A stretch of 64,000 bases of DNA from Halarcobacter sp. (GTDB taxonomy: Bacteria > Campylobacterota > Campylobacteria > Campylobacterales > Arcobacteraceae), in NCBI GenBank assembly GCA_048571215.1, contig CP182352.1:384001-448000 (forward strand), written 5' to 3'. Numbering within the stretch: position 1 is the stretch's first letter; every line of letters begins with the position of its first letter. The translations under genes were made by a program, and so were the position numbers. Below are positions 30,462 through 41,880 of this stretch, piece by piece. The notes beneath the pieces are model-generated. The model was given only the letters and a program-made list of their open reading frames with translations, was not told the DNA's origin and ran no database searches.

Positions 30462-31421
30462 TTGAAGAAGATTTTAGTATTTTTATTGGTTTTTGTGTCA
30501 TATTCATGTGCAGATTTAGTTGAGCTGTATAGAAGTCAAGGTTTAGAAGCTGTGAAGCAAGAGTTAGAAGCTGAACTTATGAAAAAAGAGTATTGGGATA
30601 GTTATTTAAAAAATAGAAATGTTGATTTAGGTTATTACGAATCAAAAAAATTTGTATTGATTACTCAAAAAGATTCAAAAGAGATAGCTTTATATAAAGT
30701 TGGAAAAAGTAAAAATGATTTACTTTTAAGAGATAGTGTAATAGTTGGAGAAGTATCTGGAGATAAACAAGAAGAGGGGGATATGAAAACTCCAATTGGA
30801 GCTTATGAGTTTACGAATAAACTTACAAAGTTAGATGAGTTTTATGGTCCCTTAGCCTTAGTTACTTCGTATCCAAACAGTTTTGATAAGGCACTAGATA
30901 AAAAAGGTCATGGAATTTGGCTACATGGGATGCCACTAAATGAAAAAAGAGAAGAATATACAAAAGGTTGTATTGCTATAGATAATCCAAAACTTGAAGA
31001 GATTGATAGTTTGATTGATCCTGAAAAATCTGTAATTTTAATTTCAAATGAAAGTGATTTAAAAACTTCAAAAGATGAGATTAGCACAATATTATCTTTT
31101 ATTTTTAAATGGAGAAATGCTTGGAAAGATTCAGATTTAGATGAGTATATAAAGTTTTATTCTAACTCTTTCAAAAGATATAATGGAATGGATTTTGAAC
31201 AGTTCAAAGAGTATAAACAAAGAGTGTTTTCAAAAGATGAAGATAAGGAAATAGAGTTTACAAATATAAATATTATGCCATATCCAAACTCACTAAATAA
31301 AAAAATGTTTAAAGTTTTGATGGATGAGGATTATAGAACTAGAACATATACTTTTGTAGGTACAAAAGAGTTGTATTTGGAGTTAAAAGACAATAAAATC
31401 CAAATACTTTCAGAAGGTTAA
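30462..31421 (+). CDS. YkuD-family L,D-carboxypeptidase/transpeptidase with NTF2-like tail (Csd6/Pgp2-like)
   Basis: EGDMKTPIG, GIWLHG, TKGCIA. Confidence 0.88.
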   Translation: MKKILVFLLVFVSYSCADLVELYRSQGLEAVKQELEAELMKKEYWDSYLKNRNVDLGYYESKKFVLITQKDSKEIALYKVGKSKNDLLLRDSVIVGEVSGDKQEEGDMKTPIGAYEFTNKLTKLDEFYGPLALVTSYPNSFDKALDKKGHGIWLHGMPLNEKREEYTKGCIAIDNPKLEEIDSLIDPEKSVILISNESDLKTSKDEISTILSFIFKWRNAWKDSDLDEYIKFYSNSFKRYNGMDFEQFKEYKQRVFSKDEDKEIEFTNINIMPYPNSLNKKMFKVLMDEDYRTRTYTFVGTKELYLELKDNKIQILSEG

Positions 31422-31486
31422 AACTAACAATAAGAGCATTTTAGATATAATCGCCCCTAATTAACAACCATAATTTAAGGCGAAAG

Positions 31487-33700
31487 ATGCAAAAAGAAGA
31501 GATGAATCTTGAAGAGATAGCACTTGCTCACTCTTTAACACTTGACGAATTAGAAAATATCAAAGAGATTTTAGGAAGAGAACCAAACTATGTAGAGATT
31601 GGTGTCTTTTCTGCTATGTGGTCTGAACATTGTTCATATAAATCTAGTAAGAAGTATTTAAACGGTTTCCCAACTAAAGCACCATGGGTTATTCAAGGTC
31701 CAGGTGAAAATGCTGGTGTTATTGATATTGGTGATGGTTATGCAGCAGTATTCAAAATGGAATCACACAATCACCCTTCATTTATTGAACCATACCAAGG
31801 AGCTGCTACTGGTGTTGGTGGTATTATGAGAGATGTTTTTACTATGGGAGCACGTCCTGTTGCAAGTATGAACCTAATCCAATTTGCTGGAGTTGAAGGT
31901 GATAGTGAAACTGCAAAAAAACATAGATTTCTTTTAAGAGGTGTTGTTGCTGGTATTGGTGGATATGGAAACTGTATGGGTGTTCCAACTATTGGTGGGC
32001 AAACAAACTTTGAAGAGTGTTATGCAGGAAATAATCTTGTAAATGCATTTAACTTAGGTATTGCAAAAGCTGATGAGATTTTCTTAGGGATCGCAGAAGG
32101 TAATGGAAACCCTGTAATGTATGTAGGGTCTAAAACTGGACGAGATGGACTTGGTGGAGCTGTTATGAGTTCTGCTTCATTTGATGAAGATAGCGAATCA
32201 AAAAGACCAACTGTACAAGTTGGAGATCCCTTTACTGAAAAATTACTTTTAGAAGCTTGTTTAGAGTTATTTAAAGAAGATTTGATTATTGGTATCCAAG
32301 ATATGGGTGCTGCTGGACTTACATCTTCATCTTTTGAGATGGCTGGACGATCAGGTTCTGGTATGATTATGCACTTAGATAAAGTTCCAGCAAGGGAAGA
32401 GTGGATGACACCTTATGATTTTATGTTAAGTGAATCTCAAGAGAGAATGCTTATTTGTGCTAAAAAAGGTTGTGAGCAAAAAATTATCGATATCTTTGAA
32501 AAATGGGAACTTGATGTTGCTGTTATTGGTGAAGTTACAAACACTGGAAATATGGAACTATTTTGGCATGGTGAAAAATGTGCTGAGGTTCCAGTACAAC
32601 CAGTATCTGAGCAAGCACCTATTTTAGATAGACCAGTAGCTGAACCTGAATATTTAAAAACTATCAAAGATATTGATATGAGTAAAGAGTTCTCAAATCA
32701 AGAAGCTTTTAATGCCTTATTTACAGATATGGAAGTTGTAGATAAATCTTGGGTTTATAATCAATACGATTCAATGGTACAAACAAATACTGTTCAAGGA
32801 CCTGGTAAACTTGATGGTTCAGTTATAAGAGTAAAAGAAACAGGAAAAGCTTTAGCTATGAGTGCTGATTGTAATACAAGACAGTGTTTTATCGACCCTC
32901 AATTAGGAGCAGCAGCAGCTGTTATGGAATCAGGAAGAAATGTAGCTATGAGTGGAGCTGTTCCAAAAGCAATAACAGATTGTCTAAACTTTGGTAACCC
33001 ACAAAACCCAGAGGTTATGTGGCAGTTTAAAGAAGCTTGTGAAGGTATTAAGTCAGCTTGTAAAGAGTTAAATACTCCTGTTATTGGTGGAAATGTATCT
33101 TTATATAATGAAACAAATGGAGTGGGTGTATTCCCAACACCTGCTATTGCTATGGTTGGTGTAAATGAAGATGCAAATAATGTTTTACCATCATGCTTCC
33201 AAGAAGAAGGAAATTTTGTATATATCCTAGGTGATACAAAATCAGAATTTGGAGCTTCTTTATATCTAAAAAAACTATATGGAAAAGTAGCAGGAGTTCA
33301 TCCAGAAGTTGACTTTAAAAAAGAGTTAAATCTATGGAATACAGTTATTGAAGGGAATACAAAAGGTTTACTAAAAGCTGCAAAAGATGTAAATGTTGGT
33401 GGTATAGCAATAGCATTAGCAAAAATGGCAGTAGTTGGAAACCATGGTGTTGAAGCTAATATAGAACTAGAAAATGAAAAAGATATCTATTCTGAAACTC
33501 TAAGTAGAGCAATTGTTGAAGTTAGTCCAGAAAATGCAAATGACTTTGAAGCTTTATGTTCAAGTAAGTCAATTTCTTGCACTAAACTAGGGCTTGTTGG
33601 TGGAGGAAAAATATCTATCAATGATGTATATGTAGAGTTAGATAAAGCAAAAGATATCTACTTTAATAGATTTAAACAAGTTATTGAACAAGACTTATAA
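31487..33700 (+). CDS. purL: Phosphoribosylformylglycinamidine synthase subunit PurL
   Basis: WSEHCSYKS, ESHNHPS, DMGAAGL, LSESQERM. Confidence 0.98.
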   Translation: MQKEEMNLEEIALAHSLTLDELENIKEILGREPNYVEIGVFSAMWSEHCSYKSSKKYLNGFPTKAPWVIQGPGENAGVIDIGDGYAAVFKMESHNHPSFIEPYQGAATGVGGIMRDVFTMGARPVASMNLIQFAGVEGDSETAKKHRFLLRGVVAGIGGYGNCMGVPTIGGQTNFEECYAGNNLVNAFNLGIAKADEIFLGIAEGNGNPVMYVGSKTGRDGLGGAVMSSASFDEDSESKRPTVQVGDPFTEKLLLEACLELFKEDLIIGIQDMGAAGLTSSSFEMAGRSGSGMIMHLDKVPAREEWMTPYDFMLSESQERMLICAKKGCEQKIIDIFEKWELDVAVIGEVTNTGNMELFWHGEKCAEVPVQPVSEQAPILDRPVAEPEYLKTIKDIDMSKEFSNQEAFNALFTDMEVVDKSWVYNQYDSMVQTNTVQGPGKLDGSVIRVKETGKALAMSADCNTRQCFIDPQLGAAAAVMESGRNVAMSGAVPKAITDCLNFGNPQNPEVMWQFKEACEGIKSACKELNTPVIGGNVSLYNETNGVGVFPTPAIAMVGVNEDANNVLPSCFQEEGNFVYILGDTKSEFGASLYLKKLYGKVAGVHPEVDFKKELNLWNTVIEGNTKGLLKAAKDVNVGGIAIALAKMAVVGNHGVEANIELENEKDIYSETLSRAIVEVSPENANDFEALCSSKSISCTKLGLVGGGKISINDVYVELDKAKDIYFNRFKQVIEQDL

Positions 33701-33725
33701 TAAAAAGAGGTTTACCTCTTTTTAT
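33701..33725. terminator. Bidirectional intrinsic terminator between convergent purL and amt-GGDEF
   Basis: TAAAAAGAGGT-TT-ACCTCTTTTTA inverted repeat. Confidence 0.8.
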
Positions 33726-35542
33726 TAATATACATAAACTCTATTTCTTCCATTGTGTTTTGCTTCATAAAGGGCAGTATCAGCTCTTTTTAAAGCTTCA
33801 TCAAAAGTATCATTATTGTTTTTCAAGCCACTAACTCCAAATGAGGCTGTTATATTTTTTACGATTGAAAAGTTGAAGTTCTCAATATCTTTTCTTAAGT
33901 TTTCACATATATTTTGAGTATCTTCTAAATTATCACTATCAAATATAACAATAAACTCTTCCCCACCCCATCTAACAAACATATCACTCTCTCTAATATT
34001 TTTCATAACTAAAGCTGAAAGCTCTTTTAAAACACTGTCTCCAACATCATGACCAAAGGTATCATTGATATTTTTGAATTTATCTATATCTATAATAGTA
34101 AGAGTATATAGTTCATCTTTTGTTTCTAGGAACTTTAAAAGTCCGTTTCTATTGAATGCTTTAGTAAGGTTATCTCTATATGCTTTTAGTGATAGGTTTT
34201 TATTTGACTTTTTAAGTTCCGCATTGGTTTGTCTTAGCATATTTAATAAGTAGTTAAAGAATTTTGCTACAATCCCAACTTCTGTATCTCTTTCTTCATA
34301 AATTTTTTTATTTATATTGCCTGTTTTCATTATGTTTAAGATACTCTCAATAGTTTCAACCCAAGGAAGTTTTGCATTGTGCTCACTTGTATTTAGACCT
34401 AAAATCTCATGTTTTTTTCTAACTCTTAAAAGATTAACTTTAGATAAAAATAAAAAGATAAGAATCCCTAAACTAAAGGCAAAAACAAATCCCACAACAA
34501 CCCCTAAAGTTTGAACATATATTAAATCAAATCTAGTCATATTTTCAGGTAAGTTTGCAAAAATACCTACAGCTATAGTACCCCAAGCACCAACTAAACC
34601 ATGAACACTAACTACACTTAAAGGATCATCAATCTTAAGTTTATTTGTCAAAATATTATCTGAGTAGTGAACTATAACAGCTGAGATAAAACCAACAATT
34701 GCTGATTGGACTGTGGTTAAATCATTACATCCAGCAGTTATCCCTACAAGTCCTGCAATAATACCAAAACTAAAGATTTCTACTCCAACTTTCTTTTTAT
34801 TGAAAAAAGTAGTAACCCAAGCACCAAAACCACCAAAAACTGCTGATAAAAGAGTATTTAAAAGTATTGAGGTTATTTGAGGTTCAAACCAAAGTAGGCT
34901 TCCTGCATTGAAACCAAACCATGCAAAAAACAAAATAAAAACACCAAAAACTATAAAGTTGTGATTGCTAGGTGCAAAATAGGTTGTTTTGCCTTTTCTA
35001 AATTTCCCAAGTCTAGGACCTAAAACAATTGCTCCTGCTAAACCTATCCATGCTCCAACAGAGTGAACAACAGTTGAACCTGCAAAATCTATAAACCCCA
35101 TTTGGCTTAGCCAACCATCTGTATTCCAAACCCAATGTCCAAAGATAGGATAAATAATAGCACTAACAATAATAGCTACTACAATATAACCATTGAATTT
35201 GATTCTCTCTGCAACTGCACCTGAGACAATAGTAATAGCAGTCGCAGCAAACATTGCTTGAAAAAAGAAAAATCCATTTACATTTAGATCTTTTCCATCG
35301 ATAAGAAATTTATCAGTACCATACAAACCAAAACTATCAGTTCCAAACATAATACCAAAACCTATAATCCAAAAGAAGATAATACTAAATACAGTATCAA
35401 TAAGGTTTTTCATAGCGACATTGATTGTATTTTTACTTCTTACAGCTCCAGTTTCGATTAATGAGAATCCAAGTTGCATCATAAATACTAAAAATGCACA
35501 AACTACTATCCACAACAAATCAATATCATTAAGATTTTCCAA
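33725..35542 (-). CDS. Ammonium transporter (Amt) fused to a HAMP-like linker and GGDEF domain
   Basis: SGAVAER, DFAGSTVVH, WFGFNAGS, DDPLSVVSVH; then DIDKFKNINDTFGH and RESDMFVRWGGEEF. Confidence 0.93.
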   Translation of the reverse strand: MENLNDIDLLWIVVCAFLVFMMQLGFSLIETGAVRSKNTINVAMKNLIDTVFSIIFFWIIGFGIMFGTDSFGLYGTDKFLIDGKDLNVNGFFFFQAMFAATAITIVSGAVAERIKFNGYIVVAIIVSAIIYPIFGHWVWNTDGWLSQMGFIDFAGSTVVHSVGAWIGLAGAIVLGPRLGKFRKGKTTYFAPSNHNFIVFGVFILFFAWFGFNAGSLLWFEPQITSILLNTLLSAVFGGFGAWVTTFFNKKKVGVEIFSFGIIAGLVGITAGCNDLTTVQSAIVGFISAVIVHYSDNILTNKLKIDDPLSVVSVHGLVGAWGTIAVGIFANLPENMTRFDLIYVQTLGVVVGFVFAFSLGILIFLFLSKVNLLRVRKKHEILGLNTSEHNAKLPWVETIESILNIMKTGNINKKIYEERDTEVGIVAKFFNYLLNMLRQTNAELKKSNKNLSLKAYRDNLTKAFNRNGLLKFLETKDELYTLTIIDIDKFKNINDTFGHDVGDSVLKELSALVMKNIRESDMFVRWGGEEFIVIFDSDNLEDTQNICENLRKDIENFNFSIVKNITASFGVSGLKNNNDTFDEALKRADTALYEAKHNGRNRVYVY

Positions 35543-35690
35543 GAGTTAGCTCCCTCTTACAGTATAAAATTATTATAGCATATAAGATAAACACTACTAT
35601 GGATAAATAATATACAATTTCCAATGAAGGGATTCCTAATAGCTTTTTTTGTATAATCGCGCTAACTAAAGACCAAAAAGAGGAATTAAC

Positions 35691-37223
35691 TTGAGAGCAT
35701 TAATCAGTGTAAGTGATAAAAGTGGAGTTGAAAACTTTGCAAAAGAATTAGTAGCATTAGGATATGAAATCATCAGTACAGGTGGTACATATAACAAACT
35801 AAAAGATTCAGGAATAGCAGTAATTGAAGCAAACGAAGTTACAAAATTTCCAGAGTGTTTTGAAGGACGTGTAAAAACTTTAAATCCATATATTCATGGT
35901 GGAATTTTACATAGACGAGATAAAAAATCTCACCTTGACCAAGCAAAAGAGCTAGGTGTTGAAGGTATAGATTTAGTATGTGTAAATTTGTATCCATTTA
36001 AAGCAACAATTGAGAAAACTGATGACTTTGAAGAGATTATTGAAAACATAGATATTGGTGGACCAGCAATGGTTAGATCTGCTGCTAAAAATCATGATAG
36101 TGTTATTATTGTAACAGATGTTGCTGATTATGATGTGGTATTAAACAATCTTAAAAACAATACAAATACTCAAGAGTTTAGAAGAGACTTGATGATAAAA
36201 GCATATGAACACACAGCTGCTTATGACTCAATGATCGCAAACTATATGAACAAAAGATTCAATGGTGGAATGGGTGCAAAACAATTTATCGTTGGTGAAA
36301 AAGTATTTGATACAAGATATGGGGAAAACCCACACCAAAAAGGTGCCTTATATGAGTTTGATAAACACTTATCAAATAAATTTATTACATTAAAAGGTGA
36401 AGCAAGTTTCAATAATATGGGTGATATCTCTGGAGCTGCTAAAATAGCATCTGCTTTTGGTGATGATAATGCCGTATGTATTGTAAAACACGGAAACCCA
36501 TGTGGATTTGCTATTAAAGATACACTTTTAGAATCTTATACCGAAGCTCTTAAATGTGACCCAATCTCAGCATTTGGTGGAGTAGTTGCTGTAAATGGTA
36601 TAGTTGATTTAGACTTAGCTGTTAAGATGAACGAAATCTTCCTAGAAGTAGTATTTGCAGCAGACTTCACACCTGAAGCTGAAGAAGAGTTAAACAAGAA
36701 AAAAAGAATCAAACTATTCAAACAAGGAACATCTAAACTTGAAATGGCAAACGATGCATTTAACTTCAAAATAGTTGATGGTGGATTTGTTTACCAAGAT
36801 GCAGATAAAGTTGAAGAAGATGAGGTAAGAAACTCAGAACTAAAATCAAAAAGAGAAGCAAGCGAACAAGAAATAAAAGATATGGAAATAGCATACAAAG
36901 TAGCAAGCTTAACAAAATCAAACTGTGTAGTATATGTGAAAAACTCAGCTATGGTAGCAGTTGGTATGGGTATGACAAGTAGAGTAGATGCAGCAAAAGC
37001 AGCTCTTAGAAAAGCAGAAGATTTAGGACTAGATGTAACAGGTTCAGTTCTAGCATCTGAAGCATTTTTCCCTTTTAGAGATTCAATTGATGCAGCCCAA
37101 GAAGCTGGTGTAAAATGTGTTATTGAACCAGGTGGTTCAATTAGAGATGATGAGATTATAGCAGTGGCAGATGAGTTTGGTATGGCGTTGTATTTCTCAG
37201 GTAAGAGACATTTCTTACACTAA
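35691..37223 (+). CDS. purH: Bifunctional AICAR transformylase / IMP cyclohydrolase
   Basis: [35 protein letters not shown]. Confidence 0.98.
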   Translation: MRALISVSDKSGVENFAKELVALGYEIISTGGTYNKLKDSGIAVIEANEVTKFPECFEGRVKTLNPYIHGGILHRRDKKSHLDQAKELGVEGIDLVCVNLYPFKATIEKTDDFEEIIENIDIGGPAMVRSAAKNHDSVIIVTDVADYDVVLNNLKNNTNTQEFRRDLMIKAYEHTAAYDSMIANYMNKRFNGGMGAKQFIVGEKVFDTRYGENPHQKGALYEFDKHLSNKFITLKGEASFNNMGDISGAAKIASAFGDDNAVCIVKHGNPCGFAIKDTLLESYTEALKCDPISAFGGVVAVNGIVDLDLAVKMNEIFLEVVFAADFTPEAEEELNKKKRIKLFKQGTSKLEMANDAFNFKIVDGGFVYQDADKVEEDEVRNSELKSKREASEQEIKDMEIAYKVASLTKSNCVVYVKNSAMVAVGMGMTSRVDAAKAALRKAEDLGLDVTGSVLASEAFFPFRDSIDAAQEAGVKCVIEPGGSIRDDEIIAVADEFGMALYFSGKRHFLH

Positions 37224-37367
37224 AAAGGTGATTTAAATAATCATCTTTCTTCATAAATCTGCGTTAGAAAATAAAATATCTTAGTCACTTACTTTAGTAA
37301 GCTCCTACAGATGTTTTATTTTCTGCCTTGATTTATTTTAAAATCTAATCATTATAAATCACTTTTT
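37222..37367. repeat. Long imperfect palindrome (REP-like) immediately after purH
   Basis: Nested arms AAAAAGGTGATTTA/TAAATCACTTTTT, ATAAATC/GATTTAT and AGAAAATAAAATATCT/AGATGTTTTATTTTCT. The right half recurs at 42443-42492. Confidence 0.8.
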
Positions 37368-37424
37368 CTTTTATAATTTACTTCAATAAAGATACAATAA
37401 TAAAAATCTATTTAAAGGATTGAT

Positions 37425-40400
37425 TTGATTGGTAAATTATTTGACTCTTTATCTTATCAAATAGAAAAAAATTTAACAGAATCTACATATATAAATGAAA
37501 CTTATATCGAAAATAAATGGAATATAATAGAAAAATTAGTTATTAGATGGACAAAACAACCTATTTTAACAGTGCTTCTATTAATTATAATTTTCATATC
37601 CAATAGTTTATTTTTATTTTTATTGAGAAATATACTAATAAAGGAATCTTATTCTTGGAATCAATCATGGGAAAAATTAGTAAATTGGCAAAATGATTTT
37701 TTATCTACACAAATTACTATTATTGCATTAATCTTTCCATTAGTTATAGGTTTTGTTGGTTTTTTAATACAAAATAAATCATCACAAAGGGCTCTTTGGA
37801 AAATTTATATGTATTATTCTGGAGTTAAAGTATTAGGATTTAGCAGTATAACACTAAGTGGAGTTATACTATTGGTTCAATTTATTAAGCCTTGGATGGA
37901 CTATCAGTTGGAAGTTGCTATTACAATTAATATTCTATGTTGGTTACTATTTAATATTTCTTTACTTGCTTGGTTTCTCTATGCTACATTTGATTTTATT
38001 TCAACAGAAAAGAGAAGTAAGGTTATTCTAAGATATTGCATAAATGAGATGATAATAAATGAAATAAAATATAGGCTTGCAAATCTATTGCCTCAAACAA
38101 TTTTTGGAAATAGTGAAGATACTCACGATAGACCTAAAGTCTATCCATTTCATTTATTTTCTGAAAAATATCAAGATTATTGCCGTATAGAGTTTTCTAA
38201 TTATAAATACGTCTATGATATAGATTTTAATTTTTTAAAGTTTGCTGGGGTTATTTGGAAATTTAGAAATAAAAATTTCAAAGAAGAAGCTCCTACATTG
38301 TATTTTCCCGTTAGTGGAATATCTAAAGCAAAAATTTATAACTTAGCATATTCAGAAAATACTAATATTAATTTTTTAGAAAAGTTTTTAATTAAAACTG
38401 CATACTCTTTTCGAAGGACATCACGATTAGAAGAATCAAATTTTGATTCGATAATACATGCTTTAATAAGTAATGTAGAAGATTCATTAAAAGAAAAAGA
38501 TGAAAGACTTTTTGAAATAGCTATAGATGAATTAGCTTATTGGATTATACAAATTTTTAAAACAGCATCATTTAAAAATGATAATAAGGAACTTGATAAC
38601 TGGATTTTATTGCCAGATGGAAATTTTTTCGGACGTTCTATAATTCAAAATCTTTCTAGAGAATTTTATAAAATTAATAAAAAATCAATTGATTTATTAT
38701 CATATTCAGATATATACTTTAGAAAAATGTGTTATTTTAATTTAAAAGTCTTTGGTTTTAAGAATGATGTCTTAGCTTCAAAAGTAATTGAAGAGTTATT
38801 ACAAAATCATTACTATTCATGGTCATTATTAATGAAAAAAATTAATAATTTAGAGAATAATGAAGAATATATAAAAACTTATATAGGTAGTTGGGAATCT
38901 TGGACATCAAGTAGTAAAATTAATTTAAAAGATGAAAAAAGTATTGATTATCTTATTGATATTTATTTAGAGCATTTACAAACATCATCTAAGCATATTA
39001 TTAGTGCTTTAAATGTTAATAATGAAAAATCTATTTTACTATCAGTAGATATGTTAATTTACTGGAATTATCAAGCTTTTCATATGTTTAATAAATCAAG
39101 AAATGAATATATATGGCAATCTAAAATTTTAGTGCCATCCGTTTTAAAAAATAATTTTGATTCGGAATATATTAATAAAGAAAAGTTGTGTGAATATATA
39201 TTTCCTAATAATTCAAAAGATGATAAAACAGCATTGGTTGTATCTTTTGAGAATTTATGGAAACAAATTTGTATTATAACAGGTATATATATTTTTTATA
39301 AACATAAAGAAGTCTTTTCTGAAAATATTAAAAAAGTTGTCTTATCACTTTTAAAACAAGAAAGAATTTTTAGTAATGATATGACAATCTTACCACAGAG
39401 AAATAAGGAAATTGCTGTAAGTTCAATTTTCGAATGTTACTTATTTAATGCATACCCATTGAGAGATATATTAAAAAGTGGTAATCCAGCTTATTTAATT
39501 GAATTGTTTGAACGTTTAAGTAAAGAAAGTATGATTTCAAATAGAGTTTATACAGATAGAAGTATTGAATTATCAAGTTTATTACAAACTATCAAATGTT
39601 TTATGATAGGAAATTCAACAAAAATTTGGAACTTATCAAAAGAGTTAAATGATTTTATAAAATCACCATTATTTGAATACGAGGCAAGAGAATCTTTTAT
39701 AAGGGAAATTAATAGTTTTAAGTATCTAGAAAATATTGATGATAAATTATTTGATGATGTTAAACTTCTATTTGGCGATGAAAATATTGAACAAAAAGTT
39801 GAAAATTATAAGACTTCAATAGATGCTATCATAAAAGATATAACTGACTATCATAATGAGGTACTTGTGAATACATCAATTGATAATCAAAAAGTAGATG
39901 AAATGAATAGATATTTTTCAAATGAAATATTCAATGACTTAGATTATATGCCTTATAGTTTATTTAGTAATATTAAATTTGATAGTTTAGAACAGAAATT
40001 TTTAAAAAAAATAAATATAAATTTTGATAAAAAATTTTTAGTAAAAGATATTAATTTTATAGATATAAATAAATATTTTGAACATGAAAACAAATATACT
40101 GTTACAGATATAAGACAGGAAATAGTAAGTTCCATTTTTGATAAGTTTTTGACTGAAATAAATATAAAAGAAGAACAAAGTTTTGATAATATTGAAAATT
40201 TATTGAATAAAATTATTGATAATGCCCAAAAATTAATAAAAAAAGATTTTGTTCCTATTGTTTTTGTTTGTAGTAATGAAATTAAGTGGATGTTAGAAAA
40301 TGAAACCAATGATAAACAATTTAAAGATATTTTAATAGAAAAATTTGATAATAAAGAGGAAAATTATATTTGTCATATAGATAATATTGAAGCATATGAA

Positions 40401-40628
40401 TTAAGTGTTAATGATCGAGATTATTTAATATTAACATCACTTGAGATGTTTGATGAGGTGATATTTAATGAATATGAAAAGGATATTTACTCTAAAATTG
40501 AGATTCAGAATAGTGAACGAAAAATTGAAAAAATCGTTTCTTTTAATTATAGAATGAAAATAAATTTTAAAAAAGTGAATTCTTATAAATATAATTTTAA
40601 AGATAAAACAAATACTCAGGTTTTCTAG
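37425..40628 (+). CDS. Large hypothetical membrane protein (N-terminal TM helices, large soluble region)
   Basis: 1067-aa ORF, TTG start after AAAGGA; about four hydrophobic segments in the first 190 aa. Confidence 0.8.
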   Translation: MIGKLFDSLSYQIEKNLTESTYINETYIENKWNIIEKLVIRWTKQPILTVLLLIIIFISNSLFLFLLRNILIKESYSWNQSWEKLVNWQNDFLSTQITIIALIFPLVIGFVGFLIQNKSSQRALWKIYMYYSGVKVLGFSSITLSGVILLVQFIKPWMDYQLEVAITINILCWLLFNISLLAWFLYATFDFISTEKRSKVILRYCINEMIINEIKYRLANLLPQTIFGNSEDTHDRPKVYPFHLFSEKYQDYCRIEFSNYKYVYDIDFNFLKFAGVIWKFRNKNFKEEAPTLYFPVSGISKAKIYNLAYSENTNINFLEKFLIKTAYSFRRTSRLEESNFDSIIHALISNVEDSLKEKDERLFEIAIDELAYWIIQIFKTASFKNDNKELDNWILLPDGNFFGRSIIQNLSREFYKINKKSIDLLSYSDIYFRKMCYFNLKVFGFKNDVLASKVIEELLQNHYYSWSLLMKKINNLENNEEYIKTYIGSWESWTSSSKINLKDEKSIDYLIDIYLEHLQTSSKHIISALNVNNEKSILLSVDMLIYWNYQAFHMFNKSRNEYIWQSKILVPSVLKNNFDSEYINKEKLCEYIFPNNSKDDKTALVVSFENLWKQICIITGIYIFYKHKEVFSENIKKVVLSLLKQERIFSNDMTILPQRNKEIAVSSIFECYLFNAYPLRDILKSGNPAYLIELFERLSKESMISNRVYTDRSIELSSLLQTIKCFMIGNSTKIWNLSKELNDFIKSPLFEYEARESFIREINSFKYLENIDDKLFDDVKLLFGDENIEQKVENYKTSIDAIIKDITDYHNEVLVNTSIDNQKVDEMNRYFSNEIFNDLDYMPYSLFSNIKFDSLEQKFLKKININFDKKFLVKDINFIDINKYFEHENKYTVTDIRQEIVSSIFDKFLTEINIKEEQSFDNIENLLNKIIDNAQKLIKKDFVPIVFVCSNEIKWMLENETNDKQFKDILIEKFDNKEENYICHIDNIEAYELSVNDRDYLILTSLEMFDEVIFNEYEKDIYSKIEIQNSERKIEKIVSFNYRMKINFKKVNSYKYNFKDKTNTQVF

Positions 40629-40730
40629 TTTTGGAATAAAAGGTGTATAAGGACATTTCCATTTTTGATTTGTTTAGATTTCTAATTTCTATTTAGTAAA
40701 TTTACAAATGATAGTTTGAACTTTTTTTTT

Positions 40731-40829
40731 CCAGACTTTGATGAAGCCGGAAGTTTTGAAATAATTTTCGGAAAAGCCTGAGGACTGTTTGAGGAGAGAA
40801 AAGTCCTAAACGGACTTTTTCGACGAGTT
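40731..40829. repeat. Left part of the palindromic element split by IS110 copy 2
   Basis: CCAGACTTTGATGAAG and AGTTTTGAAATAATTTTC are inverted partners of 42130-42179 on the far side of the IS. Confidence 0.85.
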
Positions 40830-40876
40830 GCCACCTTAAAAGAATATAAAAATTCCATATAAAATTTATAATAAAA

Positions 40877-41848
40877 TTAAATTTTTTCTGAATCATATGG
40901 TACATTATTTTTATATACGGCATGAGCAATAACTAATAGTTTTCTCATAATTGCTACTTGTATAACTGTAGTATGTTTTCCATTTTCTTTTAGTCTATCA
41001 TAAAACTTTCTTAATCTTTCGTTATTTCTTATTGATGTCATTGCTGGCATAAACAAAGTACCTCTACATATTTTTGAACCTGCTTTTGATATTTTTGTTT
41101 TTCCATTAACTGATATACCTGAACTTTTTTCTATTGGATCTAATCCTGCTAAAGATACTATCTGTTTTTGATTAGCATTTTTATATTGAATAAAATGTAT
41201 AAGTAATACAATTGAAGATATTTCTCCTATACCATCAATTGTTTGCAAATTATTAAATGATTGTTGAAGTTTCTCATCTTTTTTTATGATTGATTTTATT
41301 TTTTTGATAATTTTTTGTTCTTGTTTTTTTAAAAATTGATTTTGTAATTCAAACTCTTTTATCAAATAGCTTTTATCTTTTTTTGCTTTTAAAGCAGCTA
41401 TATGGTTTTTAGTTATAACTTGTTGTTTAATAATTAATTTATATCCAGAAATAAGCTCTTTTAATTCTTCTTCTATGGTATCTACAATAGGTATTTTAAT
41501 ATCTTTATCTTTAGCTGTAACAATCATTTTAGATAAAAGCTGTGCATCTTTTATATCATTTTTATTTCTATATCCCATTACTTTTGCAAAGCTAGCACTT
41601 TTTTTAGGATTTACTATAAAGCTTTTTATATTTTTGTTTGAACAAAACTGTTTTAAAAGAAATGAATAATTAGCTGTTGGTTCATAAACAAATACTAATT
41701 TATCTATCTCTTTTTTATAAAGCTTTTTTAGTTTAGAGTACAAACTTTTTATTCCATTTAAACTATTATCAATAATTAAATCTAAATCATTTATTGGAAT
41801 ATAAACATTAATTGTTGACTTACTTACATCTAATCCGATAGAATACAT
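40877..41848 (-). CDS. IS110-family DEDD recombinase/transposase
   Basis: GLDVSK, YEPT, KNDIKDA (DEDD); TIDGIG, AGLDP..KSSG, ISKAG, AIMRKL. Confidence 0.96.
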   Translation of the reverse strand: MYSIGLDVSKSTINVYIPINDLDLIIDNSLNGIKSLYSKLKKLYKKEIDKLVFVYEPTANYSFLLKQFCSNKNIKSFIVNPKKSASFAKVMGYRNKNDIKDAQLLSKMIVTAKDKDIKIPIVDTIEEELKELISGYKLIIKQQVITKNHIAALKAKKDKSYLIKEFELQNQFLKKQEQKIIKKIKSIIKKDEKLQQSFNNLQTIDGIGEISSIVLLIHFIQYKNANQKQIVSLAGLDPIEKSSGISVNGKTKISKAGSKICRGTLFMPAMTSIRNNERLRKFYDRLKENGKHTTVIQVAIMRKLLVIAHAVYKNNVPYDSEKI

Positions 41849-41880
41849 TTCTAGAACCTTTATTTTAGGATAAAGAGTTC

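Noticed and set aside
32402..32404. Trp in PurL EEWMTP where the family usually has Gly
   Set aside because: Single substitution that may be a variant or base-call error; frame intact.
34215..34223. AGTTCCGCA match to the IS110 left target guide inside amt-GGDEF
   Set aside because: Lacks the CG right-target half and the palindrome context; probably chance.
40702..40929. 75-aa minus-strand ORF
   Set aside because: Spans the IS right end and the palindromic repeat; no coding signal.
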